DNA of 64,000 nt, from positions 2,208,001 to 2,272,000 of the forward strand of contig CP084167.1 in assembly GCA_021513715.1 (NCBI GenBank). Reading direction: 5' to 3'. This stretch comes from Candidatus Heimdallarchaeum endolithica. Lineage in GTDB: Archaea > Asgardarchaeota > Heimdallarchaeia > Heimdallarchaeales > Heimdallarchaeaceae. Of the stretch, positions 42,219 to 52,761 are shown one piece after another; position 1 is the stretch's first letter; each line of letters begins with the position of its first letter. The position numbers and the translations under genes are program-made. The notes under the pieces are model-generated. The model was not told the DNA's origin and searched no databases. It saw nothing but the letters and a program-made list of their open reading frames with translations.

Positions 42219-44301
42219 TCTTCTTTGAAGGACAATCCATTGATATGCAAGAAATTATTGTCTTTCTCTTATTTTCAATTTTTATCATTGGAAGGTTGTC
42301 ATATTCGCAAATTTCTTCTGTTGGATAAATATTACCATATTGAGGTAAAGGGAAAGTAGCCTTACATTGTATTTTTGGATCCTTAAACGCCGAACAAGCA
42401 ATAAAACGTTTTTTTGTTTTTTTATTTTTTACTATTATTAGTTCTCCCTTTTTGCATACAGGGCATTTTCCTAACACAATTAGTTGTTCATTATTGTTTG
42501 GCATTAAGTGGAGATCAGTTGCTAGTTCGTATCCTATTAATTCTTCTTTTTTATGGAATCCTTTCAATGTTTTTGTTAGTTCTTGTTGAATAGAAATTAA
42601 CTCTGTTTTTAGTTCTCTTTTTTCCTCTTGTATCTTGTCCATCTTTTCTTCTAAATCCCTTGTCATGGATGGTGTTATTATGAGCGGAAAATTTTTTGAC
42701 AAAACTCGTATGATTGATTCTCCAAGTAGAGTAGGTTTTATTTCAATTCCTTCGATGTATTCTCTGGTGTAAAGTGTTGTTATTATTTCTGCTCTTGTTG
42801 CTTTTGTTCCTAGTTTTTCGTCTTCCATTTTCTTTAATAGCGTTGATTCGTTAAACCTATTAGGCGGTTTTGTAAAATGTTTTTCATGTTTTATATAGTT
42901 AAAAATCACTTTATCATTTAATTTGACATCTGGTGTGTTTTTTTCTTCAAATGAAACATAGGGCTTATAATATCTCATCCACCCCTCTTCTATCAGCTCT
43001 TGTCCTTTAAAATAAAATATGTGTTTGTTTACGCTTATTTCTACTCTTTTCTCTATTTTTTTACCAGGCCCAGCAAAAACAGAGAGATATTTTTTTACTA
43101 TTAGATCATATAGGTTTTTTTCATCTTTCGTACTTTGATTATCTAGTGGTAATCCTGTTGGATGAATGGCTGGGTGTGCAGCATCTGTTTTTTTACCTTC
43201 AAATGGTTTGAATCTCTTTTTATCTAAAATTTCTTCTGCTAGATTCTTATATTTTGATATCTGGCTAAGTTTACTTAAGATGTTTTTGTGTCCAAGTGTC
43301 ATAGGAAGTTTTTGGCTATCCGTTCTTGGATAAGAAATAATACCTTTAAGGTATAGTTTTTCTGCAATTTTTAGTGTTTTACTTGGTGAAAATTTGAAAA
43401 ACCAGTATGCTTGTCTTTGTAATTCACTCAGATTAAAAGGTGGTTGGTTATATATGGGTTTTTCTTCACTTTTAATATCTGTTATAGTTCCCTCTAAAGA
43501 ACTACATTCAGAAGAGATTTTTTGTGCTTCTGCAAGAGTGTCAATTTTATCTTTAAAATATAATACACTAAAGTTATTTCCACCCATTTTAACTTCTGCA
43601 GCGATTTTCCAGTAAGGAATGGGAACAAACAAGTTGATTTTCTCTTCTCTTTCAACGATAAAAAAAAGTGTGGGACCTTGAACTCTCCCAATTGATAAGA
43701 GTTTAAATTTTCCTGTAATTCGTTTGTACGAACTAGAAAGGGCAGTTGTGAAATTTATTCCATATAACCAGTCAACATAATGTCTTAAAAGTCCGGCGTT
43801 TAAGAAACCTATGTCTAAGGATTCTTCCATTGCATCAAAAGCTTTGTTTATGTCACGTTTTGTTAGAGTTGAAAACTTCATTCTTTTTGCATTTTCCTTT
43901 TCAAAAACATATTTCAAAATTAAGTATCCGATTACTTCTCCTTCTCTGTCGTAGTCTGTCATTATAATTATATCTTTTGTTCCGCTTCGTAATGATTGGA
44001 AAACTTCAACATATTTTTTTGTTCTCTTACTTTTTCCTTCCTTGTATGTAGGTAACCATCGAAAATCTAAAGCTGGATATAACCAATTCTCTCCAATTTG
44101 GGACAATGTGAATAGATGCCCTATTGCTGGGACAATAATAATTTTTTTTCTATCTCTCTTACATAAATAAACAGAAACTCCCTTAATATCAACTTTTTCT
44201 GGCTTATTTTTTTCATCAATGGCCCAAGCTAGTCTATTAGCAGCTTGGGGTTTTTCTGCAATTCCTATTATATATGGTGGAGTTATTTTTGTTGTTGGCA
44301 T
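42199..44301 (-). CDS. topA: DNA topoisomerase I (type IA)
   Basis: AEKP TOPRIM, TDYDREGE, SIGRVQGPTL, ISYPRTDS catalytic Tyr, AHPAIHPT, LGTKATR, C-terminal Zn ribbons. Confidence 0.97.
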   Translation of the reverse strand: MPTTKITPPYIIGIAEKPQAANRLAWAIDEKNKPEKVDIKGVSVYLCKRDRKKIIIVPAIGHLFTLSQIGENWLYPALDFRWLPTYKEGKSKRTKKYVEVFQSLRSGTKDIIIMTDYDREGEVIGYLILKYVFEKENAKRMKFSTLTKRDINKAFDAMEESLDIGFLNAGLLRHYVDWLYGINFTTALSSSYKRITGKFKLLSIGRVQGPTLFFIVEREEKINLFVPIPYWKIAAEVKMGGNNFSVLYFKDKIDTLAEAQKISSECSSLEGTITDIKSEEKPIYNQPPFNLSELQRQAYWFFKFSPSKTLKIAEKLYLKGIISYPRTDSQKLPMTLGHKNILSKLSQISKYKNLAEEILDKKRFKPFEGKKTDAAHPAIHPTGLPLDNQSTKDEKNLYDLIVKKYLSVFAGPGKKIEKRVEISVNKHIFYFKGQELIEEGWMRYYKPYVSFEEKNTPDVKLNDKVIFNYIKHEKHFTKPPNRFNESTLLKKMEDEKLGTKATRAEIITTLYTREYIEGIEIKPTLLGESIIRVLSKNFPLIITPSMTRDLEEKMDKIQEEKRELKTELISIQQELTKTLKGFHKKEELIGYELATDLHLMPNNNEQLIVLGKCPVCKKGELIIVKNKKTKKRFIACSAFKDPKIQCKATFPLPQYGNIYPTEEICEYDNLPMIKIENKRKTIISCISMDCPSKKSDKNGK

Positions 44302-44344
44302 TATTTAATCTCCAAGTGTTTACTTTCAAAGAAAAAGCACTGAA

Positions 44345-44430
44345 TGGAGCCAGGACGGGGATTTGAACCCCGGATCTCAGAGAGAACTGATTTTCAAGAC
44401 CAGCGCCGTAGTCCGCTTGGCTATCCTGGC
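44345..44430 (-). tRNA. tRNA-Ser(TGA), CCA encoded
   Basis: Acceptor GCCAGGA/TCCTGGC, anticodon arm CTGGT-CTTGAAA-ATCAG, long variable arm, GGTTCAAATCC. Confidence 0.95.
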
Positions 44431-44544
44431 TCGTGTTTCTATAACTTCTATTATATCATTAAATATTCTTCTGCACTTATAATTGAAAAAACGATGGCTA
44501 ATAAAAATTTATCTTTACCCGATAGAGTGATTGTGATACTTATT

Positions 44545-45843
44545 TTAATCAGAGATAATTCTGTTGTATTCATTTTCATTTCTATTTTCTTTTTTTGTAG
44601 CATCAATGATTACCTTAATACTTGTATCATCATTTTTATTTCGAGAAGGATCTAAAGATGAACCTCTTATATTATCTATTATAATAATATCTCCGGAACC
44701 TGCTCTTGTTATTGTTGCCCATTCCACGCTTGAGGGATTATTTACATCAATATCTTCATTGACTACTGTGCACCATTTTAATGATGGATGAGCTGCAAAA
44801 GCAGCTAAAGCTACATTTTTTGCGTCTCCTGTTTTTCTTTGTGTAATAGAAATAACTGCATGTAACCATCCGCATCCTCCTGATGTTAAAACTAAATCAT
44901 GAACTTCTGGGACTATCTTCTTAACATATGAGTATATAGCAGCTTCTTTTGGGAACCCCATCAGAAGATAATGTTCTTCATGAGCTGGTAATATTGTTTG
45001 AAAAACCGCATTTTTTCTGTGATATAGCTTTTTGAATCTTATTACAGGTTGAATTCTTTTTGTATCTAAAGTTCCTGTAATATCTACAAAAGGTCCTTCT
45101 TCCTCTGTTTCATCTGCAATTATCTCTCCTTCAATTACAAACTCAACATCTACAGGAACATCAATTCCAAAAATTGGTGTTCTGATAACCTTTATTCCGT
45201 TTTCTAATAAAGTATTTGCAACAGAAAGTTCACTTTCTCCATATTTAAGAGGTGTTGATGCTGCTAGAGCAATTAATGGATGATAACCAATAATTAGTGC
45301 AATTGGTGTATTTCTCCCATTTTTACGATTTGAATGAAATATTTGATACAAATCACGTGGTACCAAGCGAATAATTCCTTCATTTTTTGATAAAATCATG
45401 ATTCTATGTATACTAGCATTGACTTTGCCTGTCTCTGGGTTTTTTGCGATAACAATGGCAGAGGTTAAATACCTTCCACCATCTTTCGGAAAAAATTTAG
45501 GGATAGGTAGCTGGTTAAAGTCGACTTCAGTTTCAACTTCAAAACTTGTTGAAAAGTCAGTTTCTTCGGGATATTTTGCTTTTGTAGACGCATTATTGAG
45601 TTTTTCATACATTTCCTTTTTATTTGATTTTAATAATAGATTAAACCAGCTTCTTGATTGTAATAAATTTCCAATTAATGGGTATTTTGTATTTTTCACT
45701 TTTTTAAAAAGAATTGCGCTATTACTATACTCCTTCATGAGTTTGGCAATTTCTAAATTTGAATCAACAGTATCATCAATTATGGTTAAAAGTTTTCTTT
45801 TTTCTAATTCATTGATATATCCTCTAAGACTCACTTTAAACAC
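44545..45843 (-). CDS. UbiD family decarboxylase
   Basis: DGGRYLT, NASIHR, EEGPFVD, GGCGWLHAVISI, VEWATITR, GSSLDPS. Confidence 0.93.
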   Translation of the reverse strand: MFKVSLRGYINELEKRKLLTIIDDTVDSNLEIAKLMKEYSNSAILFKKVKNTKYPLIGNLLQSRSWFNLLLKSNKKEMYEKLNNASTKAKYPEETDFSTSFEVETEVDFNQLPIPKFFPKDGGRYLTSAIVIAKNPETGKVNASIHRIMILSKNEGIIRLVPRDLYQIFHSNRKNGRNTPIALIIGYHPLIALAASTPLKYGESELSVANTLLENGIKVIRTPIFGIDVPVDVEFVIEGEIIADETEEEGPFVDITGTLDTKRIQPVIRFKKLYHRKNAVFQTILPAHEEHYLLMGFPKEAAIYSYVKKIVPEVHDLVLTSGGCGWLHAVISITQRKTGDAKNVALAAFAAHPSLKWCTVVNEDIDVNNPSSVEWATITRAGSGDIIIIDNIRGSSLDPSRNKNDDTSIKVIIDATKKENRNENEYNRIISD

Positions 45844-46060
45844 TCATTTTGTTTTAATAAAAGATGTAAATAAACCTTTTAATTGTTCCTTATTATTCCT
45901 TGATTTTTTTTCTATTTATAATGATTTCATTTAATGTTGATAGTATATCGTCAAAAATATAAATATTTTCAATGTTTAAGGAAACAAGAACCATTTTCCC
46001 AGTTATTTTGGAAAATCTCTCTCCTATGATTCTTACAAATTGTTCGTTTTTCATTCCATA

Positions 46061-47845
46061 ATTTACTTTTTGCGTAATTTTGCGAACATTAGGATAGAGA
46101 GTATGGATGAAAAAGAAAAAAAGGAAAAGAAGAGGAAAAAAGATGGAGAAGATAGTCAAAACTTTGAAAGTAAAAATAAAAAATGAAGTTTTGACGAGGA
46201 GAAAAAAGGAAAGATTAAGAAGAATAACAGGGAGAGACACAAGGATAATAGAAAATATGTAAAAATTATTCATCACAACAGAAGAAGACTGTGTATGAAA
46301 ACAAAGAAAGGAGAAATAAGAGTACATAGAGGAAAACTAGATGAACTAACATTGACAACATCAAGGCTAAAAAAAGTAGAAGAGAGACTGTTCCTCATGA
46401 CCTTAAAAAGATGTTCCCTTACTGTTCTCACGATGAGTTTCAAGAGTGTAGAGACATAGCAGTACAACTGTACGAGCAAGGATATAGACCTGAAGCCACT
46501 CGTCCTCCAAAAAAGAGACCCAGAAGACAACTAATCAATAAGAATAGGTTTATTCTTACTAATTTGCCAAAAGAGAAAAACAACTCCATTTCTCGTTGGT
46601 GGGTAGGAATAAGAGACTCATTAGACACGTGGAAAAGAAAGACAAGGTATCATCAACGATTATGGTTGCCTTTAGAGATGAGCACTTTTCATCAAAAAGA
46701 ATTGAAAAAAGGACAAATAAAAAGTTTAGAACTGAGATATAAACGTTCTACAAGTGAGTGGTGGGTGTATTTTCAATTAGAAGTTCTTCCTCCTTCTTCT
46801 TTTCCTTGTCCAGTTGATAATTCTTCTTCTCTTCCTCCAGCTGTACTGGGGATAGATCTAGGGATAAACATTCCTGCTGCAGGAGTGTTATTAACGCCCA
46901 AAAGGAAATTAACTATTAAAGAGATAAAATTCTGGCATACCAAACAGTGGAATAGAATCAATCATAGATATAAACTCAAGCTTTCCCGTCTTCAGAGGAA
47001 AGGGGCTTTAAATGACCAGTCGGGTAAAAAACACCAAATTTATCGTTTTCTTGGATATCTTCGTCGGAGATATAGAAACGTTAAACGGTCCTATATTCAC
47101 CAATTTGTAAGAGATGTTGTGCAGACGATAGAGACCTATGCTCAAATGTATGACTTTTTCGTCGTCGTAGGTTACCCCAAAAATGTTAGAAAAGGAAAAG
47201 GAAAAGAAAAAGGGAAAGAAAAAAGTACTCGTTATTTTCGTAGAAAACTTCACCAGTGGAATTATGCTCTTGTTCTTTCTCTTCTCCGTCGAGCACTTAT
47301 ACTTCGAGGTTTTGCTCCTCATCGTATTCTTATAATAGACGAAAGAGGAACATCTTCTCATTGTTCCCGTTGTGGAAAAGAAGTTTCTCGTCCCGTTAGA
47401 GGATTAGTACACTGTCCCTTTTGTAACTATACTTACCACTCTGATTTAACAGGGGCTAGAAATATTGCTCGTAAGTTCCTTAGTCATCTTTTTCGTCCCC
47501 GTGCTACAACTATTGCTGATTACTTTACTGGTCAAAAATTCAGTCTTACTCATTACACTGTTTGCCGAGGACTCAGCCATTGGTTGTAGTCCCAGTAGAC
47601 AAAAAGAAATAATTACTCTTATATTCAAGGGCTAGTTATTCTTTCATTTTTGTCTCTCGTGGAGTGAAGAAAAGAGCTTACAACTCTTTTTTTCTTTATG
47701 ATTCCCCCGATTCGTGTATGACGTCTGTCTTAATCTCCTTCTTCTTTCATTGTATGTTAGGATTAAGTTCTCAAGAAACTGACAATTATCTCTTATTGTT
47801 TTTTTCTTGAAAGACTGAGTTCGACAAACTTCGCAAAAAGTAAAT
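46061..47845 (+). mobile_element. Non-autonomous TnpB element with imperfect terminal inverted repeats
   Basis: Left end ATTTACTTTTTGCGtaaTTTtgCGAAC versus right end (reverse complement) ATTTACTTTTTGCGaagTTTgtCGAAC. Flanks are CATA and CATG. Removal restores the host reading frame. Confidence 0.88.
46143..47589 (+). pseudogene. tnpB: TnpB RNA-guided nuclease; N-terminus broken by two frameshifts
   Basis: MEKIVKTLKVKI start at 46143, with frameshifts near 46255 and 46385 leading into the 46411 ORF. LGIDLGI, IDERGTSSHCSRC, CPFC, HSDLTGARNIA. Confidence 0.85.
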
Positions 47846-47865
47846 CATGTAAAAGGCTAGTTGAA
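47590..47865 (+). ncRNA. Putative omegaRNA (TnpB guide scaffold plus flank-derived guide)
   Basis: Non-coding stretch between the tnpB stop and the right end, conserved in the second copy at ~59898-60078. Its position matches TnpB right-end RNAs. Boundaries approximate. Confidence 0.55.
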
Positions 47866-48017
47866 GAAGAAAAATCGATTGGAGGGTATGATAAGCCTAT
47901 AGTACCTAATTTCGGTGATTTTTCTGATATAAAAATAGATATTCCATTATCAAAAAAAATTACTGAAAGAAAAAATAAATTATCTTTTATTTCAACATCT
48001 TTGTTTACTATTTCTAG

Positions 48018-49030
48018 AAGCATGTCCAAAAATTAATTTTTATTGATATGGGGGTTTATGTCGGAATTATCACACATTTCCAGATTTTAGACTCCCACAA
48101 AGTAAGAAAATTCACAGTCATTAATGGACCTTTCCTTAAGAAACTGGTGAAAGTGGAACCGAGAGAAAGTAAGAGAGGGAGAAAGAGAATAGCAGAAAGG
48201 TGGGTAATATTAGCAATAGCAATCATTGCTAGAATAGAAGGGATAGCTTGGAGGAAGTTAGAAGAAAAGTTGTCTCTATGCGCTTTTTTGATAGAAGAGG
48301 GGTGGATGAGGAAGATTCCTTCTAAATCCACTTTTCATGCTGTGTGGAGAGCGACAGAAAGTAAAATCTTAGAGCAGTGGATAATAGAGTTGGGGAGAGA
48401 AATAGTGAGAAAAAAAGGGTTGAAAGCTATGTCGGTGGGCAGTTCAGGTTTTAAAATTCGTCAAGCTTCTGTTTTGCGTTTTCTCAAATGGTCAAGAGAG
48501 ACACTAAAGAAAACCTCCCAACTAAACTTTTCTGGAAGATACACCTTATAGTTGGTTTACCCTCCAGAGCTATAGTCTCTCTAGCTCATTCTGCTAGTAA
48601 CACTCACGATAGTAAAGTCTTCGGTTTGCTATGGCAGAAACTTCCTTCTGTACTCTTGAGACCTTTCTTGAGATTCTATGGTGACTGTGCCTACTGGATA
48701 GAAAATATCGTCGGTCTTCTTAGACAACATTCCTTTTTTCCCTGTTATTTGTTATTCCCCCAAAAAGTAATGTTCGTTATCCCTCTCCTCCTCTCTGACC
48801 AATAGTTCAAGCTCATCTTCTCTACCCTTGTCTCTATCGCCATAATCATCACCCCGAGTATCGTAGTACTATTGAACACGTCTTTGGTCTCCTCAAACTC
48901 TCTCTTCTCCCATCCTTGATCGTTTACCCTCCACCATCCTCTCTACTCTTTTTAGTTTTCTCCTCTGTTACAACTACCTTTTACTCCTTCGTACCGTTTA
49001 GTAGGCGAAAAAGAATTTTTGGACATGCTT
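48018..49030 (+). mobile_element. IS5-like insertion sequence, 1,013 bp
   Basis: Perfect 17-bp TIR AAGCATGTCCAAAAATT (48018-48034 / 49014-49030) and 7-bp TSD TTTCTAG (48011-48017 / 49031-49037). Family call from the transposase motifs. Confidence 0.92.
48048..49001 (+). pseudogene. DDE transposase, frameshifted
   Basis: Fragments in several frames: IPSKSTF, SVGSSGF (first Asp replaced by Gly), WKIHL, HDS, YGDCAY, RSTIEHVFGLLK. Confidence 0.85.
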
Positions 49031-49180
49031 TTTCTAGTTTTATAATCAAAATTTTTTTTCTATCATTGTAAATTTTTTTATTATTTGAAGTTCTCTTGAG
49101 TCTATTTTCTCTAAAATTTTGATATTTCTCGTAATTAAAAGTAAAAGTTTTTTAATGTTAAGAAGTTCGCTAATGCAAGA

Positions 49181-50101
49181 TTGACAACTTCAAAGTATAC
49201 TGCTAATTTTCTTGTTGCATTAACTGCTCTTATTTGGGGAACCAGTTTTGTTGTTATTCGTTTTGGATTGAATTATTTTGATCCAATATCTTTTGTCTTT
49301 TTGAGGTTTCTATTTTCTCTTTTTTTGTTTCTTCCTGTGATTATAATTAAAAAAATAAACGTCAAAAAAGTTCTTTTTGATAAAAAAATAATAGGAATTG
49401 GTTTTTTTAATTTTATTGCATTTTTCTTTCAATATCTTGGCCAAAATTTGACTACAGCCGGGAATTCTGCTCTTTTTGTTAACTTTTATGTTGTAATTGT
49501 TCCTATCTTTTCACATTTTTTTCTGAGTGAAAAGATTAGTATTAAGACCTATATCAGTGCAGTTATTGGTTTTATTGGAGTCTTTTTTGTAAGCACTAAT
49601 CTAAATTTTCACGAATTAATGTCTGGAACCTTTCTCGGAAATGTATTAACATTTGGTGCAAGTTTGGGTTGGACTGGATATATAATAATATCAAAGAAAT
49701 CACTTAACGAAACTAATAATGAGTTAGAAACTTTTTTTGGCTCTATTTTTTGGACTACTGTCTTTTTGCTCCCAGAGTTTCTTTATTTTTTAGTGATAAA
49801 GAAAAATGCAACTATAGGTTTTTCTTTAATTTCTATTCTATCTTTACTCTATTTGGTTGTTTTCTGTACGGTTGGAGCATTTAGTCTTTATTTGTTTGCT
49901 TTAAAGTTTGCTAACGTGGGTCAAAGTTCGATCTTTCTTTTACTAGAAATTGTAGTAGCTTTCAGTCTAGAAATTCTTTTATCTATTTTTTATTCTTCAC
50001 TGTTTCCTCATTCTACTCCTGGTTTTTGGTCTCTTTTTGGAATTTTTCTCATAATTTTATCAATGTTTCTCGTTTCAATTAAGTTTAACAGAAAAAAGTG
50101 A
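49181..50101 (+). CDS. DMT/EamA family transporter
   Basis: LIWGTSFVVIR, FLRF, TTAGNSA, LSEKI; about 10 TM helices in two repeats. Confidence 0.92.
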   Translation: MTTSKYTANFLVALTALIWGTSFVVIRFGLNYFDPISFVFLRFLFSLFLFLPVIIIKKINVKKVLFDKKIIGIGFFNFIAFFFQYLGQNLTTAGNSALFVNFYVVIVPIFSHFFLSEKISIKTYISAVIGFIGVFFVSTNLNFHELMSGTFLGNVLTFGASLGWTGYIIISKKSLNETNNELETFFGSIFWTTVFLLPEFLYFLVIKKNATIGFSLISILSLLYLVVFCTVGAFSLYLFALKFANVGQSSIFLLLEIVVAFSLEILLSIFYSSLFPHSTPGFWSLFGIFLIILSMFLVSIKFNRKK

Positions 50102-50435
50102 AATCATATTCTAATTGATTTTTTTCAAAAATTGTGGTCTATTTATAGTTAATTGTTATTACATTATTAATGCTATTAGTAAATTCTATCTCTTTTGTTA
50201 TTTATTTGATGGATTTATTTTCTAGAATCTGTTTATTTCTTGGAGTAGAATTTTTTATATTTCAAACAACAAAACGGATTTTTTTGAAAAAGAAAATATA
50301 CTTTGTTTGGTGGAAAAGAATAATCATATTGTTGATACTTTATGTCATCTGCCAAATAATTGTAAAAATTTTAAGTGGATATTAACCTGATTGCAGAGAG
50401 CAATGCTAGAAGTAAGAAAAAAAGAAGTAAAGTTG

Positions 50436-50984
50436 TTATTTCTTTTTCATGTACTCTTTAACTAGTTCTTCACCCTTTCCGATCTTATATGTGCATGGTG
50501 TCGGAAAACGATCTGCTCCTCTTTTTAGAGCATCTAAGACAAGATTATAGTTTTTTGCTTCTGTTCGTACTGTAATTAATTCTTGTCCGACTTTTACCCT
50601 TGCAGCTCGATCTGTAGGCTTTCCAAATGATCTTCTCATCCCATCTTGGATACGATCTGCCCCTGCAACAGCCATCATTTTATTTTCTCTTAAAATATGG
50701 TGTGGGTGAATTCTGATTGTCATGTGATAATTTTTTGTTCCAAGATTTCTTGACAATATTCTGTTTACTGCAATACGTGCTGCTTCTAATGCAGTATGTC
50801 TTATTTGACATTTTTCTTTAGCTACTAAATGGATGTGAACAGGAAATTTACCTTTTCTATTTCCTGCATCATATGCTCTTATTCTTGGGTCTGGCACACC
50901 TCTAACAAATTTGTCTGTACGTGTGTTTGCTGGCCCACGTGTATATCTATAACAACTTGCTGGTCTCTTTCCCATATTTCTCAC
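50436..50984 (-). CDS. rpl10e: 50S ribosomal protein uL16 (L10e)
   Basis: RPASCYR, QIRHTALEAARI, LRENKM, GADRIQDGMRRSFGKP. Confidence 0.97.
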   Translation of the reverse strand: MRNMGKRPASCYRYTRGPANTRTDKFVRGVPDPRIRAYDAGNRKGKFPVHIHLVAKEKCQIRHTALEAARIAVNRILSRNLGTKNYHMTIRIHPHHILRENKMMAVAGADRIQDGMRRSFGKPTDRAARVKVGQELITVRTEAKNYNLVLDALKRGADRFPTPCTYKIGKGEELVKEYMKKK

Positions 50985-50985
50985 C

Positions 50986-51588
50986 TTATCTTGCTGATAG
51001 AGCTATTCTCTCTACTTCAGCTTTCTTCTTTACTGCTGCAGAATTAAGATCGTTGTTAGATGCTAATATTAACTCTTCTGCTACGATTTCGTCAACACTC
51101 TTGATGTTATTAAAAGACTTCTGTTTGATAGCTTCTGCTAAATATCTTAAAGCTAAGTCCACTCTTCTTTGTGGGGCAATGTCGACGCTTGAATGTTGAG
51201 CGACTCCTCCCCATGTGATTCTTGTTGTTTCTTCTCTTGGAGCAGAATATATTATTGCATCAACTAATACTTGAATTGGATTTTTATTTGTTCTTAAGTG
51301 AATTATTTCAAAAGCAGTTTTTACAATATTAATTATTCTCTGCTTTTTACCAGCATTACGACCTTTTCTCATAAGTTTATTAACAAAGCGTTCTACAATG
51401 TTCATCTCTGATTTTTTAAATCTCTGGTCTTGAAATCTTCCTCCACTATGAGGAATTATTACTGGACGTAAACTAATATATCTTTGTAAGCCTAAATCTG
51501 CAATTTCTACTTCATCAAAGCTCCATTTATTAAATAGGCGAATGTTACTTTCACTATTAGATTCTGCACTCATTACTCTCAGCATCAC
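50986..51588 (-). CDS. rps7: 30S ribosomal protein uS7
   Basis: LFNKWSF, NIVERFVNKLM, NPIQVLVDAI, APREETTRI, SVDIAPQRRVDLALR, ERIALSAR. Confidence 0.97.
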   Translation of the reverse strand: MMLRVMSAESNSESNIRLFNKWSFDEVEIADLGLQRYISLRPVIIPHSGGRFQDQRFKKSEMNIVERFVNKLMRKGRNAGKKQRIINIVKTAFEIIHLRTNKNPIQVLVDAIIYSAPREETTRITWGGVAQHSSVDIAPQRRVDLALRYLAEAIKQKSFNNIKSVDEIVAEELILASNNDLNSAAVKKKAEVERIALSAR

Positions 51589-51707
51589 CCATCAATAATT
51601 TACTTAAAAATATACTGTTCAAAGACAAAGATTGTCTACTTGTATCTCTAATCTGAATAAAAATTCTTCCCAAAAAAATATATATCTCTCGTTTCATTTC
51701 GTATTCT

Positions 51708-52733
51708 ATGAAATTGAAACATTGGATTTCCTTATTTCTTCTATTATTGGGCTCTTCTTTAATTGTTGCAGCCCTTACAATTGTATATTCTACTTATCCT
51801 GTTAGAAATAATATTGATCAATCAATTACTAATTATTTTTATTCAAACAGAAATGATGCAATCTCCCTCATTTTTTACATTATTACTCATTTGGGAGAAG
51901 AGCTTGTATACATAGGAGTAATTACTATACTTTATTACACGTGGGATAAATCAAAAGCATATAAGATTATGGCGGTTGTTTTAAGTTCTGCTGTTGTAAA
52001 TGGGATTTTTAAATATTCATTTAAGCTAGAGCGACCTAGTCAAGAGTTTTGGTATAAAGGCGCAGAAGAAACTTCACCAGGTCTTCCAAGTGGACATACT
52101 CAAATAGCAACTTCATTTTGGGGAAGTTTTGCTTCAATAGTTAAAAAATGGTGGGTCTATGTACTATCTGTTTTATTGGTTCTGCTAATCGGACTGAGTA
52201 GAATTATTCTATCCGTACACTGGTTTACTGATGTAATAATGGGCCTTGGTCTTGGACTAATAATATTAGCACTTTTTGTTGAATTTGAAGATACGATAAC
52301 TAGTTATGTTAATTCATTAGCAACAAGATATAAGATAATGTTAAGTTTTTTAGTTTTCATATTCCTTATTATTCCAGTTGTTATTGTATTGCCTTCCAAT
52401 CTTATGGTTGGGGATAATCAAGTTTTTCCTCTTCTTGATATGTTAAAACTCGTTACATTATTTTCCACTGCAACTCTCTCTTATGCAGTAGAAAAAGACC
52501 TTATCAATTTCAATTCTAAACCTGATAAGTGGTGGAAATATATTATTCGCATAATAATCGGAGTAGTTATGCTTTTTTTGTTTTATTTTGGGCTTAAAGA
52601 GTTATTTAAGCTAATTATTCAATCTGTTACCTGGACTGGGATTAAACCTACTCTAGATCTTATTCGTTATGGATTATTAGGACCTGTTTTAATTCTTCTT
52701 TCTCCTTGGATAATGAAAAAGATTGGAGTATAA
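51708..52733 (+). CDS. PAP2 family membrane phosphatase
   Basis: KYSFKLERP, PSGH, SRIILSVHWFTDV. Confidence 0.92.
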   Translation: MKLKHWISLFLLLLGSSLIVAALTIVYSTYPVRNNIDQSITNYFYSNRNDAISLIFYIITHLGEELVYIGVITILYYTWDKSKAYKIMAVVLSSAVVNGIFKYSFKLERPSQEFWYKGAEETSPGLPSGHTQIATSFWGSFASIVKKWWVYVLSVLLVLLIGLSRIILSVHWFTDVIMGLGLGLIILALFVEFEDTITSYVNSLATRYKIMLSFLVFIFLIIPVVIVLPSNLMVGDNQVFPLLDMLKLVTLFSTATLSYAVEKDLINFNSKPDKWWKYIIRIIIGVVMLFLFYFGLKELFKLIIQSVTWTGIKPTLDLIRYGLLGPVLILLSPWIMKKIGV

Positions 52734-52761
52734 ATGTAGTTTCTCAATTTTTTATTTTTTT

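Larger units (their letters stand above)
45893..49049 (-). pseudogene. Proteasome assembly chaperone 4 (PAC4/POC4)-like gene disrupted by two insertions
   Basis: Removing 46061-47845 and 48018-49030 (each with one flank copy) restores an in-frame ~115-aa ORF: MIIKLEIVNK...KLGTIGLSYP...SSTSLLHGMKNEQFVRIIGERFSKITGKMVLVSLNI...KKIKE. This resembles the PAC4 pattern. Family call is by eye. Confidence 0.7.

Noticed and set aside
44344-44655. 103-aa ORF; also the idea that the TGA tRNA is tRNA-Sec
   Set aside because: The ORF is antisense to tRNA-Ser and UbiD. The anticodon is TGA (Ser), not TCA.
47771-47774. TCAA as an IS605-type right end
   Set aside because: Similarity to the second copy continues ~70 bp further to the TIR, and only the TIR boundary restores the host frame.
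45893-48029. ORFs 45893..46327 and 47793..48029 as independent genes
   Set aside because: Chimeras of host-gene fragments with element sequence.
50170-50385. 71-aa hydrophobic ORF
   Set aside because: Reads like translation of a T-rich intergenic tract between convergent genes.
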